Source: Pyrinomonadaceae bacterium (GTDB taxonomy: Bacteria; Acidobacteriota; Blastocatellia; Pyrinomonadales; Pyrinomonadaceae). Taken from it: a stretch of 64,000 nucleotides of DNA. The stretch lies in assembly GCA_046313635.1 (NCBI GenBank), contig JBKBYA010000002.1:448001-512000 (forward strand). The letters are read 5' to 3'. Positions 41,680 through 51,568 of the stretch are shown here, piece by piece. Under the pieces are notes generated by a model. It was not told the origin of the DNA, ran no database searches, and saw nothing but the letters and a program-made list of their open reading frames with translations. Numbering within the stretch: position 1 is the stretch's first letter; every line of letters begins with the position of its first letter. Made by a program: the position numbers and the translations under genes.

Positions 41680-42768
41680 TTAGCCTTTTTGCGGCACGCT
41701 TCGGGCCAACACTTCGGAGCACGCCGCGAGGACGCGGTCGCTGGTTATAAGGTCGAGGCACTTATTACGGTTAAAGCAGGTCGGCGAATGACAGCCCTGG
41801 CACTCGACGGCCTCGCGAAACGTGACGTGACCCTCGCCAAAGGGCTCCCAGCGGCCGGCGCGGTCGATCGCGGCAAAGATCGCTACGCAGGGCGTGCCGA
41901 CCGCCGCCGCGAGATGCATCGTCCCCGTATCGTTGCCGAGGTAGAGCTCGCAGCGAGCGAGCAATGCCGCCGACTCGCGAACCGTGAGCTCGCCCGCCGC
42001 GTTGGCGCCGGTCGCCCATTTTGCGATCAGACGTTCGCCTTTGGCGCGATCTTCGGGCCCGCCGAGAACGACCGGATAGATGCCGTGTGACGCGATCAGG
42101 TCGCCGACGACCGCGGCAAAGCGCTCCTCGGGCCAGACCTTCGATCCCCACTTGCTGCCCGGCGCGACGCCGACCAGTCGGAACTCAGGCGAAATTTCGC
42201 GACGCCTCAGCCACGCATCCGCGGCTGAGTTCTCGGCGTCGGACAGCCGCAGGTCCGCGCACGGGCGTGCGTGGTCAAACTCGATCCCGGCCGACGCGAG
42301 CACGTCGAGCAAAAAGTCCGCTTCCCTTTCAAGCGGCAGGTGCGGGTCGCTGATCTCGCTGCCGATCGAGGCCTCCCGCACGTGCTCGGCACCGAGAACC
42401 GCGTGTATGCCTGCAAGTTTGAAAAATCGCCGGTCGCGTTCGATCTGCTCGGGCGTCCGGCTTCTCGTCATCAGATAGATCACGGCGTCGTAACGCCGCA
42501 TTCGCAGCCGAAGTGCGAGCCGCAGCAGACCGGCCGTCGAGACGAACGGCCCGGCGTTGGTCGGATAAGCCTCCCACCGATCGATCAAACCTTTTGGCGG
42601 AAGGACGCTTTGGGCGGAGATGTAGTTTGGATTGCGGACGTCAGAGTTTGAAAGCAGTGCGATTTCCGTATCAGGAAACGCCTGCCGCACGGCCCACAAC
42701 GCCGGAAGCGCGACGACAAAGTCGCCGAGGTGGCCCGTCCTGAAAATTAAAAGCTTCCTGAACTGCAA
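41680..42768 (-). CDS. GT9 heptosyltransferase-family glycosyltransferase
   Basis: GHLGD, PGS....K.WP, GNDTG.MHLAAAVG.P. Confidence 0.9.
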   Translation of the reverse strand: MQFRKLLIFRTGHLGDFVVALPALWAVRQAFPDTEIALLSNSDVRNPNYISAQSVLPPKGLIDRWEAYPTNAGPFVSTAGLLRLALRLRMRRYDAVIYLMTRSRTPEQIERDRRFFKLAGIHAVLGAEHVREASIGSEISDPHLPLEREADFLLDVLASAGIEFDHARPCADLRLSDAENSAADAWLRRREISPEFRLVGVAPGSKWGSKVWPEERFAAVVGDLIASHGIYPVVLGGPEDRAKGERLIAKWATGANAAGELTVRESAALLARCELYLGNDTGTMHLAAAVGTPCVAIFAAIDRAGRWEPFGEGHVTFREAVECQGCHSPTCFNRNKCLDLITSDRVLAACSEVLARSVPQKG

Positions 42769-42773
42769 ACCGT

Positions 42774-43745
42774 TTACGCAAACTTGTGTTCTCTTATTGC
42801 CTGCTCCAGCGCGTCAAACGTGATGGTCGTCGTGCCGACCTGCTCGACGACGACGCCGGCGGCGATATTCGCCAATTGCGCCGCCGACCTGAGGTCCATA
42901 CCGGCGCCGACGGCCGCCGCGAGTGTCGCGATCACCGTGTCGCCGGCGCCGGTCACGTCGTAAACCTGACGCGCGAGAGCGTGGAAGTGTGCGGCCCCGG
43001 AGCCGCGTTCAAAGAGCGTCATTCCCTCTTCGCCCTGGGTTATCAGCAGTGCCGCGATCTCTAGATCGCTAAGGAGCCGCTCTCCGGCGAGATCGACCGT
43101 GCGGCTGCCATTCTCCTCCAGCTTGCAGGCTTCGGCGGCCTCTCGCTTATTTGGCGTCAGGAGCGTCGCGCCGGAATACTTGGAAAAATCCTTTCCCTTC
43201 GGATCGACCAGCACGGGCTTTTGCGCCGACCTCGATGCGGCGATGATGCCATCGAGCACGGTTCGCGTCAGCATTCCCTTTGCGTAATCCGATAGAACGA
43301 CGGCGCTGCAGGCGGCGATCTTGGGAATGAGCATCTCAAGCAGACGATCGGCCTCGGCATCGGACAGCTCGGCGTCAAACTCCTGATCGACACGCGTCAC
43401 CTGCTGGCTGTGCGCGATGACTCTCGTCTTCACCGTCGTCGGCCGCGAAGCGAGCTCGACGAGGTCCTGCGAGGCGACGCCGTTTCGCTCGAGTTCGGCC
43501 CGCAGCAGACCCGCGTCGGCATCCGCGCCGACAATACCGACCAGCACGGGCCGGGCGCCGAGTCCGGCGACATTCGCCGCCACATTTGCCGCGCCGCCGG
43601 CGGCGACGGTCGTTTTCTTCAGTCGAACGATCGGCACCGGCGCCTCGGGCGAGATGCGCGTTACGCTGCCCCACCAATAGCGGTCGAGCATCACGTCGCC
43701 GATGACGAGGACCGAAGTGTCTTTGAATTGTTCTTTGCGGATCAT
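42774..43745 (-). CDS. D-glycero-D-manno-heptose-7-phosphate kinase (RfaE domain I/HldA)
   Basis: GDVMLDRYWWG...RISPEAPVP, GGAANVA, SDYAKG, DVTGAGDT. Confidence 0.93.
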   Translation of the reverse strand: MIRKEQFKDTSVLVIGDVMLDRYWWGSVTRISPEAPVPIVRLKKTTVAAGGAANVAANVAGLGARPVLVGIVGADADAGLLRAELERNGVASQDLVELASRPTTVKTRVIAHSQQVTRVDQEFDAELSDAEADRLLEMLIPKIAACSAVVLSDYAKGMLTRTVLDGIIAASRSAQKPVLVDPKGKDFSKYSGATLLTPNKREAAEACKLEENGSRTVDLAGERLLSDLEIAALLITQGEEGMTLFERGSGAAHFHALARQVYDVTGAGDTVIATLAAAVGAGMDLRSAAQLANIAAGVVVEQVGTTTITFDALEQAIREHKFA

Positions 43746-44761
43746 CAGGCGTTAGGCGTCGCTTTTGCGATGTGATCGTCGAGCATCTCGCAGAAGATGT
43801 GCGCAACGGTGATATGGCCTTCTTGAATTCGGGCCGTTCTGCCCGACGGCACGAGGATCGCGGCGTCGGCAAGCGAAGCCAGCTTTTTGCCGCCCGCTCC
43901 GGTCATCGCGATAACACGGCAGCCACGGCTCCGGGCCTCCATCACGGCGGCGATGACGTTGGGCGAATTGCCGCTCGTGCTGATCGCGATCAGGCAGTCA
44001 CCTTCGGAAGCGAGGGCCGCGATCTGCCGGGCAAAGACGCGTTCGAAATCGTAATCGTTTGCAAGTGCGGTAAGCGCCGAAGTGTCAGTCGTTAAGGCGA
44101 TCGCGGGTAAGGCTTTGCGTTCGGTCTCGTAACGCCCGACAAACTCGGCGGCGATATGCTGCGCGTCTGCGGCGCTGCCGCCGTTGCCGCAGATCAGCAC
44201 CTTTCGGCCGCTCTCAAAGGTGGACTTCAATATCTCGACACAGCTTTCGATACTGCCGCCGTGCTCGGCCTTTAACGACGTGATCACCTCAAGGTGCTGT
44301 TCAAGTGATCTCTGAAGTATCGAGCCGCCGACTGTTTGAGTACTCGCTGAGTCGCGGCCGTCGCCGCGTATCGCCGCCGCGATGCGGCTCGACGAAAAAC
44401 CCGGCTTGAGGGGCAGCGAGTAGACCTGCCCGCCGCTGGCCCTGACGAGATCGGCGCCGACGATCTCGGTTTCCTTCCAGTCGCCGCCTTTGACGAGCAC
44501 GTCCGGCTTGAGCTCGCGGATCAGGTTCTCGGGCGTCAATTCGTCAAAGATCACGACCTCGTCAACCGGCTTGAGCGCGAGCAGCACAGCGCGACGCTCC
44601 TCCTGCGAAACGAACGGCCGGTCCGCGCCCTTGATCGCTCTGACCGAGCGGTCGCTGTTGATGCCGACCACGAGACGCGTGCCGAGCGCCTTTGCACGCT
44701 CGAGCAGATCGATGTGACCCGGATGGATCAGGTCAAAGCAGCCATTGGTAAAGACAAGCAT
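43745..44761 (-). CDS. Fusion of heptose-1-phosphate adenylyltransferase (HldC) and phosphoheptose isomerase (GmhA)
   Basis: N-half FTNGCFDLIHPGH...NSD.S....KG...KGGDW; C-half CGNGGSAADAQH, ANDY, STSGNS, IQE.H; start ATG 44761. Confidence 0.9.
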   Translation of the reverse strand: MLVFTNGCFDLIHPGHIDLLERAKALGTRLVVGINSDRSVRAIKGADRPFVSQEERRAVLLALKPVDEVVIFDELTPENLIRELKPDVLVKGGDWKETEIVGADLVRASGGQVYSLPLKPGFSSSRIAAAIRGDGRDSASTQTVGGSILQRSLEQHLEVITSLKAEHGGSIESCVEILKSTFESGRKVLICGNGGSAADAQHIAAEFVGRYETERKALPAIALTTDTSALTALANDYDFERVFARQIAALASEGDCLIAISTSGNSPNVIAAVMEARSRGCRVIAMTGAGGKKLASLADAAILVPSGRTARIQEGHITVAHIFCEMLDDHIAKATPNA

Positions 44762-44792
44762 TTCTTTTGGCGAGAAAGTGAGTACCCGAACA

Positions 44793-44821
44793 ATTATAGA
44801 CAAACAAGGCGCGGCGGTCAC
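44793..44821 (-). promoter_or_regulatory. Candidate internal promoter before the heptose genes
   Basis: GTGACC-17 bp-TATAAT in a 73-bp gap. Confidence 0.55.
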
Positions 44822-44834
44822 ACGATGGCCGCGT

Positions 44835-45623
44835 TCACAATTCGGCGTTGCGAAACAGGTGAACGTGATGATGCTCGTCCGACTTCCCTTCGCCGGCGAT
44901 CTCCTCAAATCCGCGGCGAGCCAGCTCGTCAAGCACGGCCCGCCGGTCGCGGCCGGGGCCGTGATGGATTTCGATGACGAGATGCCGGCAGCAGCCGAGC
45001 CTTTCGGCTGCGGCAAACATTTCAAACTCGGCGCCTTCGATATCGATCTTGCAGATATCGACCGTCTCGCCGCAAAAGACCTCGTCAAAGAGCGCGTCGA
45101 ACGTGATAGCCCGGATCGCAAACTCCGCCGCGCCGTCGTCGGTCTGCCGACCGTAGATGCTGTCGCCGGCGCCGCCGCGGCCGAGTGAGACATTCAACTC
45201 GCCCTCGCGGCCTGCGACCGCCGCGTTGAGCGCGACGAATCCGGAACGGAAGTTTCTCCTCAGATTGAACTCCAGCCGTCCGTATGTCTCCGGATTCAAT
45301 TCGACGCACGCGAGCTTGCGTACGTCGTGCCCGAGCGATCTGAGCAGCAGCGGAAAGCCGCCGTTATTCGAGCCGAGATCGATGACCGAAATTTCCGCGG
45401 GCAGAGCGATCTGCTCCAAAAGCTCTCGATACATCGGCGACGTCAGCACCTCACGAGCGCCATTCGCGTCGCCGGCCGAATGGTCCGAGATGAATTCGAC
45501 TTTGCCCAGTCGATACAGCTGGACGGTCTCGTGCGGAAACACCAGCCGCGAGAAAGCGAGGTAGAGCCTGTTGTCAAACTTCCAGATCTCTCGGAGGCCG
45601 TTGATTTTCGAACCGAAGCTCAT
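44835..45623 (-). CDS. FkbM family methyltransferase
   Basis: IDLGSN.G, VE.NP, KIDIEGAE, EIH. Confidence 0.85.
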   Translation of the reverse strand: MSFGSKINGLREIWKFDNRLYLAFSRLVFPHETVQLYRLGKVEFISDHSAGDANGAREVLTSPMYRELLEQIALPAEISVIDLGSNNGGFPLLLRSLGHDVRKLACVELNPETYGRLEFNLRRNFRSGFVALNAAVAGREGELNVSLGRGGAGDSIYGRQTDDGAAEFAIRAITFDALFDEVFCGETVDICKIDIEGAEFEMFAAAERLGCCRHLVIEIHHGPGRDRRAVLDELARRGFEEIAGEGKSDEHHHVHLFRNAEL

Positions 45624-45644
45624 CGGGCGGTCGGGCAAAGGCTC

Positions 45645-47171
45645 TTACGCATCGGACTTGATGCGTGTCGCGAAGAGATTGACGATCAGCACACCGATAA
45701 CGGCGGTAAAGCCGAATTTCACCATATACGGGATGATCGTGCCGTAAAAGGCTTCGTAAGAGACCGACGTCAGGAGCATGAAGTAGAGCGTCGCCCGCCA
45801 TGTGACGTGCGCCTGCCCCTCGACCAGGGCCCGATAGACCACCCGGAGGATAAATCCGAGAAACATCATCCCCAGCGGCACGCCCCACGGTCCAAAGTTG
45901 CGCACGAGATCGCCGATGGGAGTGATCGCAAAACTGTTTTCGCCGAAATTGAAGTACAGCGCGCTGTAATTGCGAGGCTCGGATGCGACCGGCTTGTCGG
46001 GCCAGATCACCCGCGGGATAAAGAACGTCGTCGTGTCGCGCCAGATGTTGTTGTCGATGCCGTAGCTTGCCTCGTAAGGGGCGAGCTTTTCGTAATTCGA
46101 AACGACGACCGCGACGGTGCTGAGCACGTCTATGCGCTCGGCGAGATTTCGAATGCCGAACTCGAGCAGCTTCGTGTTGTCGCTGCGGCCAAGCTGGTCG
46201 ATGGTCGTAAAGACGTTTTCGGCGTAGCGGTCAAAGGACTGCGCGGCCTCGGTGCCTTTTACCTGGCGAAACGTGGTGCCGTAGATCATACCGGCGATGA
46301 TCATCGCAACGAGCAGCACGCCGGATATCGCCGCCTGTCTCGCCTTGAACTGCCGGCCCGCAAGAATGTATGCGAGAACGATCGTCGAAAAGATCTGGAT
46401 CAGACTGCCGCGATTGCCCGCGAGCAAGGCCTTGCTGACGGCCGTTCCAACGAGCAGCATGATGACCAGCCACGATGTGAAATTCCACCGATTCTGCCTG
46501 AAGAGCACGTACCAGAGCAGAAAGCTCGCCTCCAGCCAAAACAGCGTCGTCAGAAAGATCAGCCCGTCGTAGGTGCTGATCTCGTCCGCCCGCTGAAAGC
46601 CGAAGAGCCCGAGGGTCAGTGCGATGAACGAATTTGCAACGCCGAGACCGAGCAGGAGCAGGCCCGGCAGCAGATAGCTCGACGGAACGTGGGTCGCACT
46701 CGGCAAACGGCGGCTGATGACGGCCCCGAGCTTTTCGCCGACGGGCAAAAAATAGCCGGCCGACAGTCCTGCAAATCCTGCCATGATCAGGACGATCGTA
46801 AAGGGCAGGTCCACCGCCGGGTCCTGGATCAGAACAAGAAAATAAGGCTCGGACCAACCCGCGGCAAGCACAAAGCCGCCGATGACAAAGGCGGGCACGA
46901 AATAGGACCACGTCGCAAAGACGATCGGATTATCGAAGCTGAACTTGCCGCGGTAGTAAAGATATGCGGACGGTGAGACCAGGACGACCGCCAGCGCGGC
47001 GAGCCACGGCAGAATGAACGCGTACGGATACGAGCCGGCCAGATCGCTGTTGAGGAGCAGCAAAAACAGCGCGACGAGGAACGTCAGGCCCATCACCAGC
47101 GCTCCCGGCAGGAACGACCTGTCGGGGCTCAGATCGAGATTGACCCTTCGCTTTGCAAAATTGACTGCCAT
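45645..47171 (-). CDS. Polytopic membrane protein, probable Wzy polysaccharide polymerase
   Basis: About 12 hydrophobic segments, G.R motif, FIPR.IWPDKP loop; position in wzx/wzc locus. Confidence 0.7.
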   Translation of the reverse strand: MAVNFAKRRVNLDLSPDRSFLPGALVMGLTFLVALFLLLLNSDLAGSYPYAFILPWLAALAVVLVSPSAYLYYRGKFSFDNPIVFATWSYFVPAFVIGGFVLAAGWSEPYFLVLIQDPAVDLPFTIVLIMAGFAGLSAGYFLPVGEKLGAVISRRLPSATHVPSSYLLPGLLLLGLGVANSFIALTLGLFGFQRADEISTYDGLIFLTTLFWLEASFLLWYVLFRQNRWNFTSWLVIMLLVGTAVSKALLAGNRGSLIQIFSTIVLAYILAGRQFKARQAAISGVLLVAMIIAGMIYGTTFRQVKGTEAAQSFDRYAENVFTTIDQLGRSDNTKLLEFGIRNLAERIDVLSTVAVVVSNYEKLAPYEASYGIDNNIWRDTTTFFIPRVIWPDKPVASEPRNYSALYFNFGENSFAITPIGDLVRNFGPWGVPLGMMFLGFILRVVYRALVEGQAHVTWRATLYFMLLTSVSYEAFYGTIIPYMVKFGFTAVIGVLIVNLFATRIKSDA

Positions 47172-47204
47172 CGCTCAAGAAAAAACCAGCCCGCGCATAC
47201 GATC

Positions 47205-47864
47205 TCACTCCGCAAGGCGGCATACCGCGATCAGGCCGTCCGACCATTGCGGCGCGATCCTGACAAAGACGTCGTTGACCGCGTTCAGATACCAACGATT
47301 GTGAGGACGATGTTCGCTGCCAATATCATAGAACATAAATTCCTCGACCCGCAGCCCGTGTCTCTCGAGCAGAAGCTTCAGCGTCGAGTACGAGTAATAT
47401 GCGACGTGGTCCGGATGAACGAATTCGGCCGTGCCGCCCTTGCCTCTCAGGCCGTAGAGCAAAAAGCGCATTCCGCAGTAGGCGTTGATCGTCGTGATGA
47501 CGAGCCGCGTACTCTCTGACATGAATCGACGGATGCCTGTGAGAAACAAGCCCGGGTTATTGAGATGCTCGATCATCTCGCCGGCGACGATCACGTCAAA
47601 GGTCTCCGCGAGATCGACCTCGTCCAGCCTTTCCAGATCGGCGACGAAGAGATTATCGACGCCGTACGCGGCGAGCGCGTCGATCCCCGCCTGATCGTAG
47701 TCGAAGCCGTAGAGCTCGCTCGCCACTTTGCCGAGCTCGAAGTGCAGGAGCATGTCGTTCTCGACCGCCTCGCGAGTGTAAGGGTGATTGGTACACCCCA
47801 GATGCAGCACCTTTTTGCCGGTACAGATCTGCTTGATGAATTCGACTCGCTGGACGGTTTTCAT
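47205..47864 (-). CDS. Class I SAM-dependent methyltransferase
   Basis: VLHLGC, FDVIVAGEMIEHL.NPG. Confidence 0.85.
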   Translation of the reverse strand: MKTVQRVEFIKQICTGKKVLHLGCTNHPYTREAVENDMLLHFELGKVASELYGFDYDQAGIDALAAYGVDNLFVADLERLDEVDLAETFDVIVAGEMIEHLNNPGLFLTGIRRFMSESTRLVITTINAYCGMRFLLYGLRGKGGTAEFVHPDHVAYYSYSTLKLLLERHGLRVEEFMFYDIGSEHRPHNRWYLNAVNDVFVRIAPQWSDGLIAVCRLAE

Positions 47865-47874
47865 TTGTGAGACC

Positions 47875-49407
47875 TCAACTACGCCGCGCGGCAAAAGCCC
47901 TCAGCAGCCTGCGGTCGTCGGCGTCGATATAGCCTGCGGCGGCGAGCACGGCGAGGTAAGCGACGCCGGCCGCCGCGCAGCTCGCGATCAGCGTCAGCCA
48001 GCTGGCCGGAAAAGAACGCATCGCGAGCCACAGCACCGCCGCCGCGACACCGCCGGCGAGGGCCAAACGCGCCGCCGCCGCCGCCCAAAAGCCGACAAAG
48101 ACCTTTCCCAAAAAACGATGCTCGACCCAGAATATCATCGGCACAAGCGCCGCGATGCCCGCAAGCCGCGCGGCGGCGATGCCGTCGATGCCCCACTCGA
48201 CCGGCATCAGAAAGATCATCGGCACCGTGATAATAAACCAGAGAAACATCATCACCGAGTTGATCTTTGCCTGCCGAAAGCTCTCGGTGATCTGCCAAAC
48301 GAGCGTGAACATCGCAAGCACCGCGAACGACAGCGAATGGAGTATCAGCACGTCGTGCGAGCGCCGAGCAAAGTCGGCGCCGAGCCACAGCGAGAGAAAC
48401 ATCTCGCCGCCGACAACCGCAGCCGCCGCCGCAAAGACGACGATCGCCGCGATCAGCCGGGTCGCCTTTTGATAGATCACGACCAGCCGATCGCGCTCGC
48501 TGAGCAGCTCGTTCACGACCGGAAACAGCGCGAGGACCAGGCTGCTGACAAACCCGTGCAGGTAGATGCCGAGCAGCATCGGGACGATGTAAAAGGTCAC
48601 CGCCTCGGTGCCGTACTCCCGCGTGATCCAGACCCGCTCGACGATGACTATCAGGTTGCCGAAGATCTGGTAGACGACGATGCTCGCGGCGTACTTTGAG
48701 ACGCCGCTCCAGCTCTCTCGCGAGATCCGCGTGACGATGCGAATGCCCGGCACGAGACGCTTTGCGCTGAGATAAAAGAGGAGCGACGCGATCGTCGCGG
48801 CAGCGAGATTCCAACCGACGAGCGCCGCCACGCCAAAGCCGGCGACGACGAACCCGAGCGTGCCAAGATTGAGCAGCACCGCATTAGCGTTGGTCAGCAC
48901 CAGATTGCGGTCAAATCGGTGAGCGCCCTGAATTGCATACTGAAAGACTTGCCCCGCCATCGTCACGCCGATCGCTCCGCATGCGAGATACAGCGCCGTG
49001 ACCGTCTCGGCCCGCATCGCCGCCGGGATCGCAAGCACATCGTCGACGATGCGGCCCGCAAATATCGCTACCAGCAGCGACCCGGCCACGGCGATCGCGA
49101 TGCTGATCCAGAACGCGGCCGAGACCGACTCTTTGATCTTATGAGGCTCGCCTGCGGCACGATATTCGGCGACGTACTTTGACGCGACGCGGCCGATGCC
49201 GAAGGCGAACGAGTAGTTGATGAATCCAACGATCAGGCCGTAAAGCCCGTAGATATCGTTGCCCATCCGGCGGACGATCACGGGCGTGACGACAAATGAG
49301 AGAGCGAGCGGGACGAGCCACGCCGACGCGCTGTAAAAGCCGTTTCGCAGCGTGCGCGAGCGTGTCGCCGACGCGCTATTTTCGGTCGTTGACAAAGCAG
49401 CTCTCAT
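47875..49407 (-). CDS. Wzx-type oligosaccharide flippase
   Basis: RN.FYS...W..P....F..TP...R.MG...YG; multi-TM MOP pattern; start uncertain. Confidence 0.85.
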   Translation of the reverse strand: MRAALSTTENSASATRSRTLRNGFYSASAWLVPLALSFVVTPVIVRRMGNDIYGLYGLIVGFINYSFAFGIGRVASKYVAEYRAAGEPHKIKESVSAAFWISIAIAVAGSLLVAIFAGRIVDDVLAIPAAMRAETVTALYLACGAIGVTMAGQVFQYAIQGAHRFDRNLVLTNANAVLLNLGTLGFVVAGFGVAALVGWNLAAATIASLLFYLSAKRLVPGIRIVTRISRESWSGVSKYAASIVVYQIFGNLIVIVERVWITREYGTEAVTFYIVPMLLGIYLHGFVSSLVLALFPVVNELLSERDRLVVIYQKATRLIAAIVVFAAAAAVVGGEMFLSLWLGADFARRSHDVLILHSLSFAVLAMFTLVWQITESFRQAKINSVMMFLWFIITVPMIFLMPVEWGIDGIAAARLAGIAALVPMIFWVEHRFLGKVFVGFWAAAAARLALAGGVAAAVLWLAMRSFPASWLTLIASCAAAGVAYLAVLAAAGYIDADDRRLLRAFAARRS

Positions 49408-50596
49408 ATTCGGCGATCGCGATCCGCGAGGCTTCGCGCTCGTCAAAATTCTTCATCACAAATTCGCGGCCCCGCGCGGCAAGCCGCGAACGCAGCTCCG
49501 CATCGTCGGCAAGCTCGAGTATCGACGCCGCGAGAGCGTCGCTGTCGCCGGCCTCGACCAGCAGGCCGGTCTCGCGATGCTTGACGGCCTCGGGGATCGC
49601 ATAAACATTGGTCGAGATCGTCGGGACGCCGAGGGCCATCGCTTCGAGTATCGCGATCGGCAGCCCCTCGACAAAGCTCGGCAGCGCAAAAATGTCGGCG
49701 ACGCGAAAAAAGCTCAGCACCTCCTCGCGCGTCGAGCCGATCGAGGCCGACAGAACCAGCCGAAACCTCTCGCCCAGATCGTAAGATTCGACACGGGCGC
49801 TGTCCGTCTCATTCGGCAGCTTTGGCGTGACCCAGACAAACTTGATATCGCCTCGGAGAGCCGCGACCTTTGCCGCCGCGTCGAGCAGCGTCCATCTTCC
49901 CTTGCGGTCGACAAACTGTCCGACGCAGAGGACGAGCACGTCGCCGTCGCCGACGCCGAGCGAGCGCCGCGTCGCGCTCCGATCGAACGGCCGCGCGAGG
50001 ACGGCGTCGATCTGCGGCGGGTTGACGCATGTGTACGTGACGGGGATCCGCTCCTGAAAGGCGTCCTCGACCCAGCCTTTGAGCTTGTTCTTTGTATCGT
50101 GATTCGACGCGAAGATGTGAAATCCCGGCAGCCGCGAGACGATCTGGAGGCGTGCCTTCCAGATCGCCTCTCGCCACGCCGAGCTCTTCGGCAAAAAATT
50201 GTGCATCGTCACAAAGACGTTCGCTCGGCGCATCGAGAGCAGCGAGAGAAAGATCCAGTCCTGCCAGGGCGGCGACTCGATGTGCAGGATGCTCTCTCGC
50301 AGGTCAAATCGTCGCAGATAGCGATAGGTCACGATCTGCGCGCGTATGCGGCGCCACTGCCGCTCGAGCTTGCGGCGAAGGGTCGGTGCGGGAGCGGAGT
50401 CGGTCTGCGCGTCGACGAACTCGTACGGCACGCCGATCTCGTCGAGATAGGCGAGGATGTCGGGATAGGAATTTCGCGGCAGCACGACACGCACGTCCCA
50501 ATCCTGCCGCGCGAGCTTCATGATCGCCAGGAAGTAGATCTGGGCGCCGCCCCATTCGAGGTAGTTCCAGCAAAAGATGAGCTTTCGTTTCGACAT
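49376..50596 (-). CDS. GT4 glycosyltransferase
   Basis: GGAQ, GQF..RKG, LPSFVEGLPIAILEAMA.G. Confidence 0.9.
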   Translation of the reverse strand: MSKRKLIFCWNYLEWGGAQIYFLAIMKLARQDWDVRVVLPRNSYPDILAYLDEIGVPYEFVDAQTDSAPAPTLRRKLERQWRRIRAQIVTYRYLRRFDLRESILHIESPPWQDWIFLSLLSMRRANVFVTMHNFLPKSSAWREAIWKARLQIVSRLPGFHIFASNHDTKNKLKGWVEDAFQERIPVTYTCVNPPQIDAVLARPFDRSATRRSLGVGDGDVLVLCVGQFVDRKGRWTLLDAAAKVAALRGDIKFVWVTPKLPNETDSARVESYDLGERFRLVLSASIGSTREEVLSFFRVADIFALPSFVEGLPIAILEAMALGVPTISTNVYAIPEAVKHRETGLLVEAGDSDALAASILELADDAELRSRLAARGREFVMKNFDEREASRIAIAEYESCFVNDRK

Positions 50597-50603
50597 CGCG
50601 CCG

Positions 50604-51539
50604 TTATCGATCAAGCCAATTGCGCACGCCCGCGAGCCGCTCGCGGCGGCGATGCGGAACGCACAAGACATTCGCGCCTTGGTCGTCCGCGGCAAAACCG
50701 TCGATCTCGTCAAGCTTCTTTCTAACCTCGTCGATCACGTAAAACGAGTAGCCGGCCCGGTCGCGAATAAAACGGATCAGATCGTCGGGCGTGCAGCCGA
50801 ACTTGCGCGACGTGTTCAGCGCCATCTCCATCACGACGATCGGCGGGTCTGCCTGCGCAAAGAGAGCCTCGGCACCGCGGAGCATAAGCAGCTCGGCCCC
50901 TTCGACGTCGACCTTGACGAAGTCGACGGCTCCGACCGCGCTTTCTTCTAAATAACGATCGAGCGTCGTCGTCCGGCAGCTTACGGCGGTCGTGTCCGAT
51001 CGTCCGCCCGACGACATCGAAGCGTGCCCGGTCGGCTCGCCCGCGAAAAGATGAAACGTCACCTCACCCTCGGCGTCGGAGAGCGCGAGCCGATTGATAC
51101 GCACATTTGCCGGAGAGCCGGCGAGAGCGACGTTGAATTCCAGCTCGTCAAATGTCGCGGGTATCGGTTCGAACGCATGCACCGAGCCTTTGTCTCCGAC
51201 GAGTCGCAGCAGCAGCGTCGTGTACCAGCCAAAATTCGCCCCCGCGTCGATGCAGACGTCGCCTGGCCTGACGAGCGACCTTACGAGCGCCGTGATCGCC
51301 GGCTCGTACTCGCCAAAGAAATAAACAAGGTCGTGCATGCCCGTCCGCAGGTCGGCGCGGATGCGGCGGCCGTCGCGGACCGCCACGACCTCGGGCGGCG
51401 GCAGCTCGCCGCAGACGCGAAGGGCGTAGGTCATCAATCGATACTTGCCCTTATCGACCGGCGCACGCCGCGTGTAGGCCCGCACGAGACGGAGCACGAA
51501 TGCGGTCGCCGGTCCGGATTTGGTCAGAACTGTCGTCAT
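50604..51539 (-). CDS. FkbM family methyltransferase
   Basis: YEP, IDAGANFG, AFEP, KVDVEGAE. Confidence 0.9.
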   Translation of the reverse strand: MTTVLTKSGPATAFVLRLVRAYTRRAPVDKGKYRLMTYALRVCGELPPPEVVAVRDGRRIRADLRTGMHDLVYFFGEYEPAITALVRSLVRPGDVCIDAGANFGWYTTLLLRLVGDKGSVHAFEPIPATFDELEFNVALAGSPANVRINRLALSDAEGEVTFHLFAGEPTGHASMSSGGRSDTTAVSCRTTTLDRYLEESAVGAVDFVKVDVEGAELLMLRGAEALFAQADPPIVVMEMALNTSRKFGCTPDDLIRFIRDRAGYSFYVIDEVRKKLDEIDGFAADDQGANVLCVPHRRRERLAGVRNWLDR

Positions 51540-51568
51540 GCGCGTGATCGCAAAAAAAGCCGTGAGCG

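Noticed and set aside
44762..45193. N-terminal 143-aa extension of the HldC-GmhA ORF
   Set aside because: Overlaps the FkbM gene in another frame; real start is ATG 44761 behind a promoter candidate
45327..46976. 549-aa plus-strand ORF antisense to the Wzy-like gene
   Set aside because: No recognisable motifs; typical stop-free antisense frame of high-GC coding DNA
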